Positions 55,803-64,000 of a DNA stretch of 64,000 nt are shown here, one piece after another (position 1 is the stretch's first letter; every line of letters starts with the position of its first letter). The position numbers and the translations under genes are program-made. The notes below the pieces were generated by a model. The model worked only from the letters and a program-made list of their open reading frames with translations. It had not been told where the DNA came from and did not search any database. The stretch spans positions 64,301-128,300 of the forward strand of contig CAZTDN010000004.1 in NCBI GenBank assembly GCA_964611895.1. Direction: 5' to 3'. Source of the DNA: an uncultured Pseudobdellovibrionaceae bacterium. GTDB taxonomy: Bacteria; Bdellovibrionota; FAC87; UBA2466.

Positions 55803-58062
55803 ACTCCTCGGCCTTTTTCTGAGTTTTGTCGGTGGATTTACTCTAGCTGAAGTTCCCAAAGGGCTGCAGTTTCGGGCCGACTATTACCAGCGCGATCTCA
55901 CCTCGAACACGCTCAAAGGCAAAGGCAATGCGTGGATCAAGAATGGTCCGTATGAAATTTTCGCGGATGAAATAGAAGTCGACTTTACTGCCAACCAGGC
56001 GATCGCTCGCGAAAACGTCAAGATGTCGGAGAAGGACGTTACTGTTTCCTGCTCTCAAGCGAGCTTTAATCTCAAAGGCCCGGACGCAGTTTTTGACCGC
56101 GCAGTGCTGACGTTTGCCCAGACGGTGATCACGGGCGACGTGATCCGTCGCATTTCTCCCGTCGAATACGAAGTCTTAGAGGGAACCTTCAGCAACTGTA
56201 ATAACAGCCAGGTCCCCGCTCCGGATGCAGCCAAGTGTCCCATGGACTGGATGTTTTCTGGGCGCCGTTTTCGCTTTACGCTGGGCGAGTACGCTCATTT
56301 TTACGATGTCGTCGCCAGCGCAAAGTCCATCCCGTTTCTCTACACGCCTTACATGATGATCCCCATCAAAACTCAACGGCAGACGGGTTTCTTGATGCCC
56401 TCCGCACCCTGGAGCGCCACGCTGGGTTCAGGTTTTTCCCTGCCTTTTTTCTGGGCCATTTCAGAATGGCAGGACTTACTGGTCCGCCCCACTTGGTACT
56501 CCAGCACAGGAAGTCACCTGGGACTGGATTACCGTTATGCCTACTCTCCCGGTAAACAGGGATATTTCAACCTATCTCTGATTACACGGCGTTTCGGATC
56601 AGCAGACAATCCAGGACCTGACAACTCTGCAGGTCCTCGATTCCTGGGCCTGTTTGGTGAGGGCGCAGTCAATGCCTGGAACCTCTTTCGTTTGGACGGC
56701 AGCCGAATTGAGAGCCGTCAAATGCTGAACTTCGTTTCCAACCCCTACTATACTTTTGATTACTTGGCAGATGTAGGCGCTCGCGCAGATCTGGGAAACT
56801 TGAGATCCCAGTTTTCGTTGATTTTCCCTGGAGACTCTTGGTTTTTTTCAGCTCAGGCGCAGTATCTGCAGCCTCTGACCGTATCGATTCCAAACAACAA
56901 CAGCGGCACCAATATCGACGGCGGAGGCGCAGCGCAATTGCCCATCTTGACTGCTGCAAAAGCAACCACCCCACTCTTTGGGCAATACATTTCCTACGAA
57001 CTCGACACCCAGCTCACCAACTATTCGCGTTCAAGCGCCACAGATTTACTGACCAACGCGGCCCTTCCGTCCAATATCACTCCCCTTACGGAATCCATCC
57101 CTTATATCCGTACCGGACGTCGACTTCAGATGGAGCCGCGACTCGTCCTCAATCTCCCCACGCCGCCTGGCTTTCAACTCCAGCCGCTTTTGCGTGGAGG
57201 AACCCTCGTGTACCAATTCGATGCGCCCAGCGCTACTGTGCGGCATCGAGAATATTTAGACGTTGAAGTTCCCTTTGCGATGCAGCTCTCCCGTACTTTT
57301 AACACTTCCTTTTTGGGAATTGAAAAACTGAGCCATATTTTTCAGCCGCGGTTTATCTATGCAAGCAGCCTTTTGCAAACCGGCGGAAATGACCACGCAT
57401 TCTTTTATTCCGATGAGGCAAGGCAGGTTTCCAACCCCCGATTTGACATCCTGGATCAGATCACTCCTTACGAATATATGCGCTTTGAGTTAATCAACCG
57501 CTTCTTGCGCAAAAAAGACTCCTCGATGGAACGTTTTTTTTGGTTTCAGGTTTCTGAACAATATAATCTAAAAACCTCAACGACAGATCCCCGTTTTAGC
57601 AATGCCTTAGGCCCCATCGAAGTTTTTAGCTCGCTTTCTCTCGGACGCTATACCATGCAGCTTACAGCTTCTTTTGCGCTCCAAGAAACGCGCACGCTCA
57701 TGGGGCAGCCGGTTACTCCCGTACGCGAGTCCTCTCTCTCCACTGGGATAACCTATTCCTCCGGAGGCAAAAATGTCATTTCACTCAACGGCCTGTACCG
57801 AAAGTCTGCCAACCCTGCGTTGGATGCTCAGATGATGAACCTGTCGATGTACCAGGAGCTACCAACTTTTTTCGATATCGATGGGTCTGTGGAATACAAT
57901 TTCATTACACACCGGATTTATGGGTTTCGAGTGGGGCTGCACTTTCAATCCAAGCCGCGCGCTTGCTGGGGATTTTCCATCGCTTATGGGCAAACCTCTT
58001 TTGGCGTCCCGTTTACGACACTTGGATTTAGTTTAGATATGGGGAAATTAGGTGCCATCTAG
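55780..58062 (+). CDS. lptD: LPS-assembly protein LptD
   Basis: 760 aa. TTG start in the track (overlaps the thiolase 3' end). OstA-like N-domain, then GFLMPSAPWS...LPFFWAI...LGLDYRY, typical of the LptD barrel. Confidence 0.85.
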   Translation: MRFLSKHKLLGLFLSFVGGFTLAEVPKGLQFRADYYQRDLTSNTLKGKGNAWIKNGPYEIFADEIEVDFTANQAIARENVKMSEKDVTVSCSQASFNLKGPDAVFDRAVLTFAQTVITGDVIRRISPVEYEVLEGTFSNCNNSQVPAPDAAKCPMDWMFSGRRFRFTLGEYAHFYDVVASAKSIPFLYTPYMMIPIKTQRQTGFLMPSAPWSATLGSGFSLPFFWAISEWQDLLVRPTWYSSTGSHLGLDYRYAYSPGKQGYFNLSLITRRFGSADNPGPDNSAGPRFLGLFGEGAVNAWNLFRLDGSRIESRQMLNFVSNPYYTFDYLADVGARADLGNLRSQFSLIFPGDSWFFSAQAQYLQPLTVSIPNNNSGTNIDGGGAAQLPILTAAKATTPLFGQYISYELDTQLTNYSRSSATDLLTNAALPSNITPLTESIPYIRTGRRLQMEPRLVLNLPTPPGFQLQPLLRGGTLVYQFDAPSATVRHREYLDVEVPFAMQLSRTFNTSFLGIEKLSHIFQPRFIYASSLLQTGGNDHAFFYSDEARQVSNPRFDILDQITPYEYMRFELINRFLRKKDSSMERFFWFQVSEQYNLKTSTTDPRFSNALGPIEVFSSLSLGRYTMQLTASFALQETRTLMGQPVTPVRESSLSTGITYSSGGKNVISLNGLYRKSANPALDAQMMNLSMYQELPTFFDIDGSVEYNFITHRIYGFRVGLHFQSKPRACWGFSIAYGQTSFGVPFTTLGFSLDMGKLGAI

Positions 58063-58768
58063 ACCACAGCTTTGGATTTTGGGCATGCCTCTGGTCGACG
58101 GCCAGGAAGTTTCGCCTATCGCTCGCGCCAAGATCGCGCAGGCACACCTGGTAATTGGAGAGTCTCGAAAAACAAGTTTTCGCGTGCTAGCGCAGGTACC
58201 GGGCGCCAAAGACAAGCCACTCTTTCTCTTGGACGAGTCTTCTCGTCCCGAAGAAAAAGCCTGGGAACCAGAGCTCAGGCGCATCGCGCAGCTCCCTTCA
58301 GACAAAGATGCACCACAAACCGTGATACTTTTTTCAGACACAGGAATGCCCTTGCTATTTGATCCGGGAAGAGAGGTTTTGGAACTGGCTCGCGAGCTGG
58401 ACTTCGAAATTCGATCTTTGAGTGGCGCCACTTCTTGGGGTACGGCTTGCGCACTCAGTGGCTGGCAGCCTCCTTTTTTGATTGTGGGATTTTCTCCCAG
58501 AGATGAAAAACAACGTGGCCAATTCTGGCAACCGCTCATCAAAAACTCCGCGCACCTAGTCCTCATGGAGCGCCCGTATCGCCTTCTGGCATTTTTGGAT
58601 GAATGCAAGCGGGTCTTTGGCAGTAAACGCGAGGCTTTTCTGGCGTGGGAAATCGATAGTGAGGAACAAAAACTGATCTGGGGCTCGCTGGATTCCCTCT
58701 GCCAGGCCGTGAGGCGTTTTGAGAAAAACAAAGGCGAGTTTATTCTTCTGATTAGGGGGACTCCTTGA
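58052..58768 (+). CDS. tetrapyrrole-methylase-fold SAM methyltransferase, RsmI-like
   Basis: 238 aa. LWILGMPLVDGQEVSPIARAKIAQAHLVIGESRK and DTGMPLLFDPG...GATSW resemble RsmI. Confidence 0.55.
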   Translation: MPSRPQLWILGMPLVDGQEVSPIARAKIAQAHLVIGESRKTSFRVLAQVPGAKDKPLFLLDESSRPEEKAWEPELRRIAQLPSDKDAPQTVILFSDTGMPLLFDPGREVLELARELDFEIRSLSGATSWGTACALSGWQPPFLIVGFSPRDEKQRGQFWQPLIKNSAHLVLMERPYRLLAFLDECKRVFGSKREAFLAWEIDSEEQKLIWGSLDSLCQAVRRFEKNKGEFILLIRGTP

Positions 58769-59133
58769 ACGCGGAACGCCGACTGTTTCTCACGCTGTGG
58801 GGCCTGCTTTTGCTCAGCGGAGCGCTTTGGTATTTTTGGCCGAACCCAACCGTCAGCGTCACTGCAAAAATCCCTGTCTCTCTCGCTCCGGAGCTAGCGA
58901 ACTGGATCGATTCTGCCGAAGCCGAAGATCCGGAGGCTAGCCAGGTCACGCTGTCCTTACACCCGCGAAAAGCCTCTCCGACCATCGAACTGGGGTACTC
59001 ACTCCAAGGCGCCGCAGGGCCACTCCATCAAGGAAGTATTCGATGCGCGCTCGAAGCGGGCCCGATGAAACTTGCTCTTCCTAACCCCGCGCGTGTCTCC
59101 ACCCGCGAAGTGCGTCTATACCTGGCGCGCTAA
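58765..59133 (+). CDS. hypothetical membrane-anchored protein
   Basis: 122 aa. TTG start overlapping the upstream stop. One N-terminal TM, LFLTLWGLLLLSGALWYFW. Confidence 0.45.
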   Translation: MNAERRLFLTLWGLLLLSGALWYFWPNPTVSVTAKIPVSLAPELANWIDSAEAEDPEASQVTLSLHPRKASPTIELGYSLQGAAGPLHQGSIRCALEAGPMKLALPNPARVSTREVRLYLAR

Positions 59134-59168
59134 CCACTCTGGCCTTTTTGTGTGTAGAATAGAAGCTC

Positions 59169-60332
59169 ATGCCAAATCCAAACCCCGCTCCCAGAAAAGA
59201 CGGCCTGGTTCTCGCAGCAGGCAGTGCTCGGGCAGCCTTTCAGGCTGGCGTGCTGCGTTATGTTGCCGAAAATTTCCCTGACTTTAAACCGCGGGTATTT
59301 ACCGGCATCTCTGCCGGAAGTATCAACGCATGCTACCTGGCACAAGGAGAGCCTTTTCCCGAGTCGGCTGTCGCCCTTTACAAGCTTTGGGAAAACCTCA
59401 CTTTTGACCAAGTTTTCCGGACAAACTTCCGCTCCATTGCTTCGATGGGATTGCGCTGGGTCTACGATCTCTTTATTTCAAAAATAACCCAGAAAGTACT
59501 TTTAAAATCGCTACTCGATGCGAGCCCTCTCGCCATGACACTTTTGAACAATATCCACTTTTGGAAAATGTCCAAAGCCGTTCAGCTGGGCTTAGTGGAT
59601 GGCGTTTCGGTAACAGCGACCAACTATTACAATGGGTGCTCTACCGTATTTTACGATTCGCACACTGCCGTGCCTCCTTGGTTTCGCGAACAGCGCCGCT
59701 CGGAAAAAACAAATATCCGCGCGCGCCACATCATGGCGAGTTGTTCTATCCCCCTACTTTTTCCACCGATCCGTGTGGGCAACTCGCTCTATGGAGATGG
59801 TTCTCTGCGATTCAACTTTCCCTTCAGTCCAGCGCTTCGCCTCGGCGCTACTCATATTCTTGCCATCAGTATTCGACCAAATAAGCCTGAGGGGAAACAG
59901 GTTGCCCCTAACCCCGATCACATTGGAATGGGCTATATCGCTGGAGCCGTGTTGAATTCTATTTTTTCGGATAGCGTTGAACAGGACTACGAGAACGTCT
60001 GCCGCATCAATAAATTCTTGGGTAAAGAAGACAGAAAAGTTTACCCGTTTCTTATTCGCCCGAGCCAAGACCCATCAGAAATCGCAAAGCATTTCAGAAA
60101 AGAAATCCCGTTCCACTTTAGGCAAATCATTGCTTCTACTTCCGGACCAGACGAGTCGGGAGATCTACTCAGCTATCTGATGTTTAGCCCGGGGTATATC
60201 CGAGCGCTGCTTGAGCTGGGATACAGTGATGCCGGTAAACAACACGACGCCATTGCGGAAGCATTGAAACTCGCCAGGTCTACTGCGCCTGCCGCGCAAT
60301 CTCCCATCGAGTCTTTTGGCAATAGCGCTTAA
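59169..60332 (+). CDS. patatin-like phospholipase
   Basis: Oxyanion region LVLAAGSARAAFQAGVL, nucleophile elbow GISAGS, later DG(S) dyad region YGDGSL. Confidence 0.85.
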   Translation: MPNPNPAPRKDGLVLAAGSARAAFQAGVLRYVAENFPDFKPRVFTGISAGSINACYLAQGEPFPESAVALYKLWENLTFDQVFRTNFRSIASMGLRWVYDLFISKITQKVLLKSLLDASPLAMTLLNNIHFWKMSKAVQLGLVDGVSVTATNYYNGCSTVFYDSHTAVPPWFREQRRSEKTNIRARHIMASCSIPLLFPPIRVGNSLYGDGSLRFNFPFSPALRLGATHILAISIRPNKPEGKQVAPNPDHIGMGYIAGAVLNSIFSDSVEQDYENVCRINKFLGKEDRKVYPFLIRPSQDPSEIAKHFRKEIPFHFRQIIASTSGPDESGDLLSYLMFSPGYIRALLELGYSDAGKQHDAIAEALKLARSTAPAAQSPIESFGNSA

Positions 60333-60335
60333 CCG

Positions 60336-61964
60336 CTAGAGTTCAACGCGTATTCCCCCTTGAAAGATCCATTCCTGATTGAACACCCCTAATTCCCACG
60401 TAGGAGCAAAACGGGGAGTGCGCTCAAACAAAAGCTGCGCTTCGATCCCAGCGCCCCAGCGCCCGCTGCTTGGCAATCCCGCCACACTTGCCGCCACGGC
60501 ACCCCAGGTCCCGAAGACGCCCAACCTCAGCCACGGCAATGCAAGGTACCGATACTGCAACCAAGCCGCGGCAGCATTCGCGTCTACCCAGCGCATTTCT
60601 CGTATCCCCGGAGCTCCGGTGCCTTCCAAATCCGACAGCTGGTTAAACGCAGCCGTCCCCGAAGCGGTACTCAGCGCTGCGTGGGCGTGCACCGTATGCC
60701 TAAGCGCGAGGCGAAAGTGTTTGGCCAATACCAACCGCGTGCGCAACACCGGGCTGGCGGTGGGAGCCAACCATTCAGCACGTCCCAAAAGGTATAATCC
60801 CGACCTAGGAGCTATGGTTCGATCGCGGTTGTCCCAAACCACTTGCGCCGCAAACCCCTGCGCTGGTTGAACGGCTAGCCCTGCCGGCAACGCATCGCTT
60901 GTGTAATTTCGAGCCAAAACAGAAACCGCGGTGTCCAGATAACCCAGTGGGAAAGAAATCGCCCATTCAGATTCCCACGAAACCGCGTTGAACTCTTGCA
61001 CGGCGGTCGCCGGACTAGTCATCCCCAATCCAAAATAATCTCGCAATCGGGAGTGCGCGTTTGCAGACAAGCGAAGTCGCAATGGGGCTGTCCACTCAGA
61101 TTCGGTGAATTGGAAATTTCCCCACAGCGCTCGTCTAAGAGTGCCGTGCACTGCTACACCGACTGCGTGGCCCTGGTCTGCAATCCGATCGTCCCAAAAC
61201 CGCAGCCCCAGCCCAACACCTCGCGCAGGTGTGCTGGAGACCGTAGGCGCCCAGCCGAAATCCAAGGCTTCTAAGCTGCGAAAATCTTTGCGCTCAGCTC
61301 TAGCCACCGCTCGAACATCGGGTGGAGAACTTTTAAGTGCTTTTTCCATCGCTTCTGCTGCAGCTGCCTGATTTCCCTGGCGTTCGAGAGTGACGGCGGT
61401 CCAGTAATCCGTTGCGATGGCGGTGGGGGTTTGGCGCTCTAAAACACGCCAAGACAAGAGTGCTGTCTTAAAATCCAAGCCGAAAAAGGGGGACAAACCT
61501 GCCCTCAAACGCCCGGTTGCGTGGAGTCGCTCGGCCTCTTCCAAATCACCCAACAAAAAATCCTGCACGTCGGCGCGAAGGTTCTTCGACGCACCCCAAT
61601 GCAAATAAGGTAGTCCCTGCGCCGTATGCTCCGCTCCCGCCAGGGCGCACAGTGCGATCGCACGGCCTCGGATCTTTCCGCTGTATGCGTTGTATTGGTT
61701 TGCACGCCATCCCTGACAGAGCTGCTCAACGTGCTTCCAGGCCGCATGGCTTGCGTGTGGGTGGCCATTCTCCGTTTCGAGGACAGCTAAGGCCTGCCAG
61801 TACTCTGCGCGTTCAAGTTGCGACTGCGTGGAGGAATCACCATAGGTATCGAGTTTACGGCGCAACGTGGCCGCATCCCAGCGATTCCAGGGGGAGAATA
61901 AGAGATCTGCGTAAGTCGTGGTATGGAAGAACAGGGCGACTGAAAATAAACCCAACAGATTCAC
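60336..61964 (-). CDS. Omp85/BamA-TamA-family outer-membrane barrel with helical N-terminal domain
   Basis: 542 aa. Signal peptide. C-terminal half has surface-antigen motifs (VVWDNRDRTIAPRSGLY, GVFGTWGAV, GAGIEAQLLF). No obvious POTRA. Confidence 0.6.
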   Translation of the reverse strand: MNLLGLFSVALFFHTTTYADLLFSPWNRWDAATLRRKLDTYGDSSTQSQLERAEYWQALAVLETENGHPHASHAAWKHVEQLCQGWRANQYNAYSGKIRGRAIALCALAGAEHTAQGLPYLHWGASKNLRADVQDFLLGDLEEAERLHATGRLRAGLSPFFGLDFKTALLSWRVLERQTPTAIATDYWTAVTLERQGNQAAAAEAMEKALKSSPPDVRAVARAERKDFRSLEALDFGWAPTVSSTPARGVGLGLRFWDDRIADQGHAVGVAVHGTLRRALWGNFQFTESEWTAPLRLRLSANAHSRLRDYFGLGMTSPATAVQEFNAVSWESEWAISFPLGYLDTAVSVLARNYTSDALPAGLAVQPAQGFAAQVVWDNRDRTIAPRSGLYLLGRAEWLAPTASPVLRTRLVLAKHFRLALRHTVHAHAALSTASGTAAFNQLSDLEGTGAPGIREMRWVDANAAAAWLQYRYLALPWLRLGVFGTWGAVAASVAGLPSSGRWGAGIEAQLLFERTPRFAPTWELGVFNQEWIFQGGIRVEL

Positions 61965-61969
61965 TGTTA

Positions 61970-62323
61970 TTAAGCGTTGTCTTCGCTATCCATGTCGTCG
62001 TCGTCTTCTTCGTCCGTCTGCGCACTCGGGAGTGATACGGCTTTACCGTTGATTCCATCTCGAAGGATACGACTAGGGGTGAAAGTAAGCACTTTTCTGG
62101 CCGAGATGACCATGGCATCGCCCGTCTGAGGGTTGCGCCCCATGCGTGCTTTTTTGGCCCTTACCCGAAACTTTCCAAACCCTGAAATCTTAATCGCGCC
62201 ACCCTTGCAAAGCTCTTCTTTCATACTCTCGAACACGAGTTCGACTAGGTCCGCCGCTTCCTTTTTTGAAAAGCCTACCTTCTCGTATACGGACTCGATC
62301 AATTCAGCTTTGGTCAATGTCAT
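61970..62323 (-). CDS. IHF/HU-family DNA-binding protein with acidic C-terminal tail
   Basis: MTLTKAELIESVYEKVGFSKKEAADLVELVFESM ... GFGKFRVRAKKARMGRNPQTGDAMVISARKVLTFTPS, then the extension ...TDEEDDDDMDSEDNA. SD GGAGAG. Confidence 0.85.
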   Translation of the reverse strand: MTLTKAELIESVYEKVGFSKKEAADLVELVFESMKEELCKGGAIKISGFGKFRVRAKKARMGRNPQTGDAMVISARKVLTFTPSRILRDGINGKAVSLPSAQTDEEDDDDMDSEDNA

Positions 62324-62358
62324 GAGAGGCTCTCCTGTAGGATGATCGCTGTCTCTAT

Positions 62359-62387
62359 ATTATAAGAATGTTTTCAACTATCTACAA
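62359..62387 (-). promoter_or_regulatory. sigma70-type promoter candidate for the IHF/HU gene
   Basis: On the minus strand: TTGTAG (62387-82), 17 nt, TATAAT (62364-59). Perfect -10, weak -35. Leader of about 30 nt. Confidence 0.35.
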
Positions 62388-62431
62388 ACTTAAAAAGGCA
62401 ATCGACTGTCGAGCAGTTGTGGACTTGGGTC

Positions 62432-63142
62432 TCAAGGGTTGCGAGCGAACTGTTGGTATAGAAGCGGCATCGGATCCACGGGCTGGCGCCGCGCTCGGAC
62501 CTCAAAATGCAGGTGGTTTCCTGTCGAGCGTCCTGTTCTTCCAACTGCGCCCAGAAGTTGACCACGCGCAACAAACTGGCCCTTTTTCACGGCGATTTTG
62601 CTCAAATGCGCGTAAACAGTGGAGAGCTGGCCGGCATGCTGCACAATGACCATATTGCCATAACCTGGAATGCGGTTGGTAGCGTACACCACATGGCCAC
62701 TGCGAGCCGATTTTACGGGCGTGCCCTTGCGCGCCGCAATATCGATCCCCTCGTGTACGTGGCGCCCTCGCCCTCGCATGTAGCGGCTACCGAACTTGGA
62801 ACTCAGCGTTCCTTTTACAGGCCAGAGGAATGGGACCTTTCCCAGAGAAATTTCCGGCACTGGGGCCGAAGCGATTTCTCGATCGGAAGTTTCTTCTTCA
62901 AAAAATTCTTGGTTCCATTCCGGGTTATCTTCAAAAGGAAGGTAGAGCTTTTGGCCCGTGCGGATGCCTGAAGCCAAAATATCCTGATTGGCGCGTTCTA
63001 GAGCATCCAATGGGACGGAATGCTTCGCCGCGATCGCAGAAAGCGAGTCGCCCTTTTGGACGCGGTGGTACCGGGATTGAATCCCCGCACACGAGGCGAG
63101 CAAAAAGCACAGTGTCCAAGCGAATGGCTTCATGAAACCCAA
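62432..63142 (-). CDS. LysM + M23 family metallopeptidase lipoprotein (NlpD-like)
   Basis: Lipobox LLASCAG. LysM motif YHRVQKGDSLSAIAAKH...GQKLYLP. M23 motifs HEGIDIAA and GNHLHFEV. Confidence 0.88.
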   Translation of the reverse strand: MGFMKPFAWTLCFLLASCAGIQSRYHRVQKGDSLSAIAAKHSVPLDALERANQDILASGIRTGQKLYLPFEDNPEWNQEFFEEETSDREIASAPVPEISLGKVPFLWPVKGTLSSKFGSRYMRGRGRHVHEGIDIAARKGTPVKSARSGHVVYATNRIPGYGNMVIVQHAGQLSTVYAHLSKIAVKKGQFVARGQLLGAVGRTGRSTGNHLHFEVRARRQPVDPMPLLYQQFARNP

Positions 63143-63356
63143 TTAATGTAATTTGAATGCGCGCAACATAGTCAAAACTGCACGCAGAGTCAATTCAGGG
63201 AACAAGCCCATACTACCCCTACCTTATCGGAAATACTTGGGATTTTAATAAACTTATCTTTGTTCGCAGTTTTGCTCGTTGAAGGCCTTAATGCTTTTAT
63301 TTCAGAGATTTAAAACTCTTTGGGCAAATCAGCCCCCATGCTAAAGCTACCGCCCT

Positions 63357-64000
63357 GTGAAAATCGTTCTTTTCGTTCTTTTGAGTCTGCCCACGCTTTC
63401 GTGGGGCATGCGATGCCACGAGCGACTCTGCAAGCTTGGGCTCTCTCCCGAGCAGATCTCCGCTATCCAAGAAGTCCTTCGGCACCGAGGCCACTCACTC
63501 TACGTTCGGGTCCTGCACCGTCCATCGATTGACGCTGCAGAAAAGCACGATGTCCTGGTTTTCTTGGGTGAGGCTCATACGTTGGGGGAGCGTGTGCATG
63601 CTGTGGGCATGAAGCTTGTCGGCGCGTTTAAGGTCGCGGCGGTAGAGAGCATTCAAGTCGCCAGTCTCGATTTTCGGGCCCGACTGGGAGTGAAACTGCT
63701 CAAACTATACCGACAAATGGAGGCCGCGCGTTCGAAAGGGATGCGGAAAATGGGCTTTGTAAACACGGTGCAAGATGCACAAACGCACGTATTGCATCTG
63801 TTGGAAACGGGATATCCCTTTTCTGAAGAAGATCTCCGTTTTCTGAGAAAAATCGCTTTGATCGCAATGAAGGGTATTTTTTCAGGCCTACCCTTGGAAA
63901 TTTCTCCCAGTGAAAATGAAGAACTCGACGCGTTTGGAGCTCGACGAGACGTGCACATGATCCAAAATTTGAATCAATGGTTTCGTGAAGGAAAAATTTC
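63357..64000 (+). CDS. hypothetical secreted protein, 5' part (continues past window end)
   Basis: Not in the track. The frame is open from the stop at 63342 to base 64000. GTG 63357 gives the signal-like (M)KIVLFVLLSLPTLSWG; the alternative ATG is at 63408. DVLVFLGEAHT weakly recalls the GExH motif of the ChaN/TraB/Tiki superfamily. Confidence 0.45.
   Translation, partial: MKIVLFVLLSLPTLSWGMRCHERLCKLGLSPEQISAIQEVLRHRGHSLYVRVLHRPSIDAAEKHDVLVFLGEAHTLGERVHAVGMKLVGAFKVAAVESIQVASLDFRARLGVKLLKLYRQMEAARSKGMRKMGFVNTVQDAQTHVLHLLETGYPFSEEDLRFLRKIALIAMKGIFSGLPLEISPSENEELDAFGARRDVHMIQNLNQWFREGKI

Overview
Densely packed chromosomal segment (about 55 genes, both strands, many 4-nt start/stop overlaps) from a diderm bacterium. 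I saw no rRNA, tRNA, CRISPR array, transposase or integrase. The diderm call rests on LptD, an Omp85-family barrel, Mla-type and Lol/MacB-type ABC modules and several lipobox lipoproteins. Three tandem, unusually short (278 aa each) flagellin paralogues are reminiscent of Bdellovibrio-like or other multi-flagellin proteobacteria; that link is inference only.

Content from left to right:
- Mla-like ABC module with two ATPases and two permeases
- Cytoplasmic multi-PAS hybrid histidine kinase
- BMP-family (nucleoside-type) ABC importer
- 1715-aa orphan secreted protein
- azlCD
- One long minus-strand run: biotinyl carrier, HMG-CoA lyase, enoyl-CoA hydratase, acyl-CoA carboxyltransferase, metH, short MetE-like protein
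- Small outer-membrane (OM) barrel protein
- Three flagellin genes
- topA-smg-dprA preceded by LysM and TPR envelope proteins
- Cys-rich tail-anchored small protein plus an orphan PmbA/TldE-like protein
- ald, a GT2 polyprenol-phosphate glycosyltransferase, ligA, pyrD
- Five-gene LolD/FtsX/LolA-like/FtsX/OM-barrel cluster
- YceI-like and LVIVD-type lipoproteins
- Orphan secreted-protein operon
- Thiolase, lptD, an RsmI-like methylase, a patatin phospholipase convergent with an Omp85 barrel
- IHF/HU protein with an acidic tail
- LysM-M23 peptidase

Most second-look-worthy items:
- The asymmetric duplicated Mla ATPases
- The giant secreted protein with an internal hydrophobic hairpin
- metH translationally coupled to a core-MetE-like gene
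- The Cys-rich protein / PmbA pair

All product calls rest on motif recognition by eye. No database search was run.
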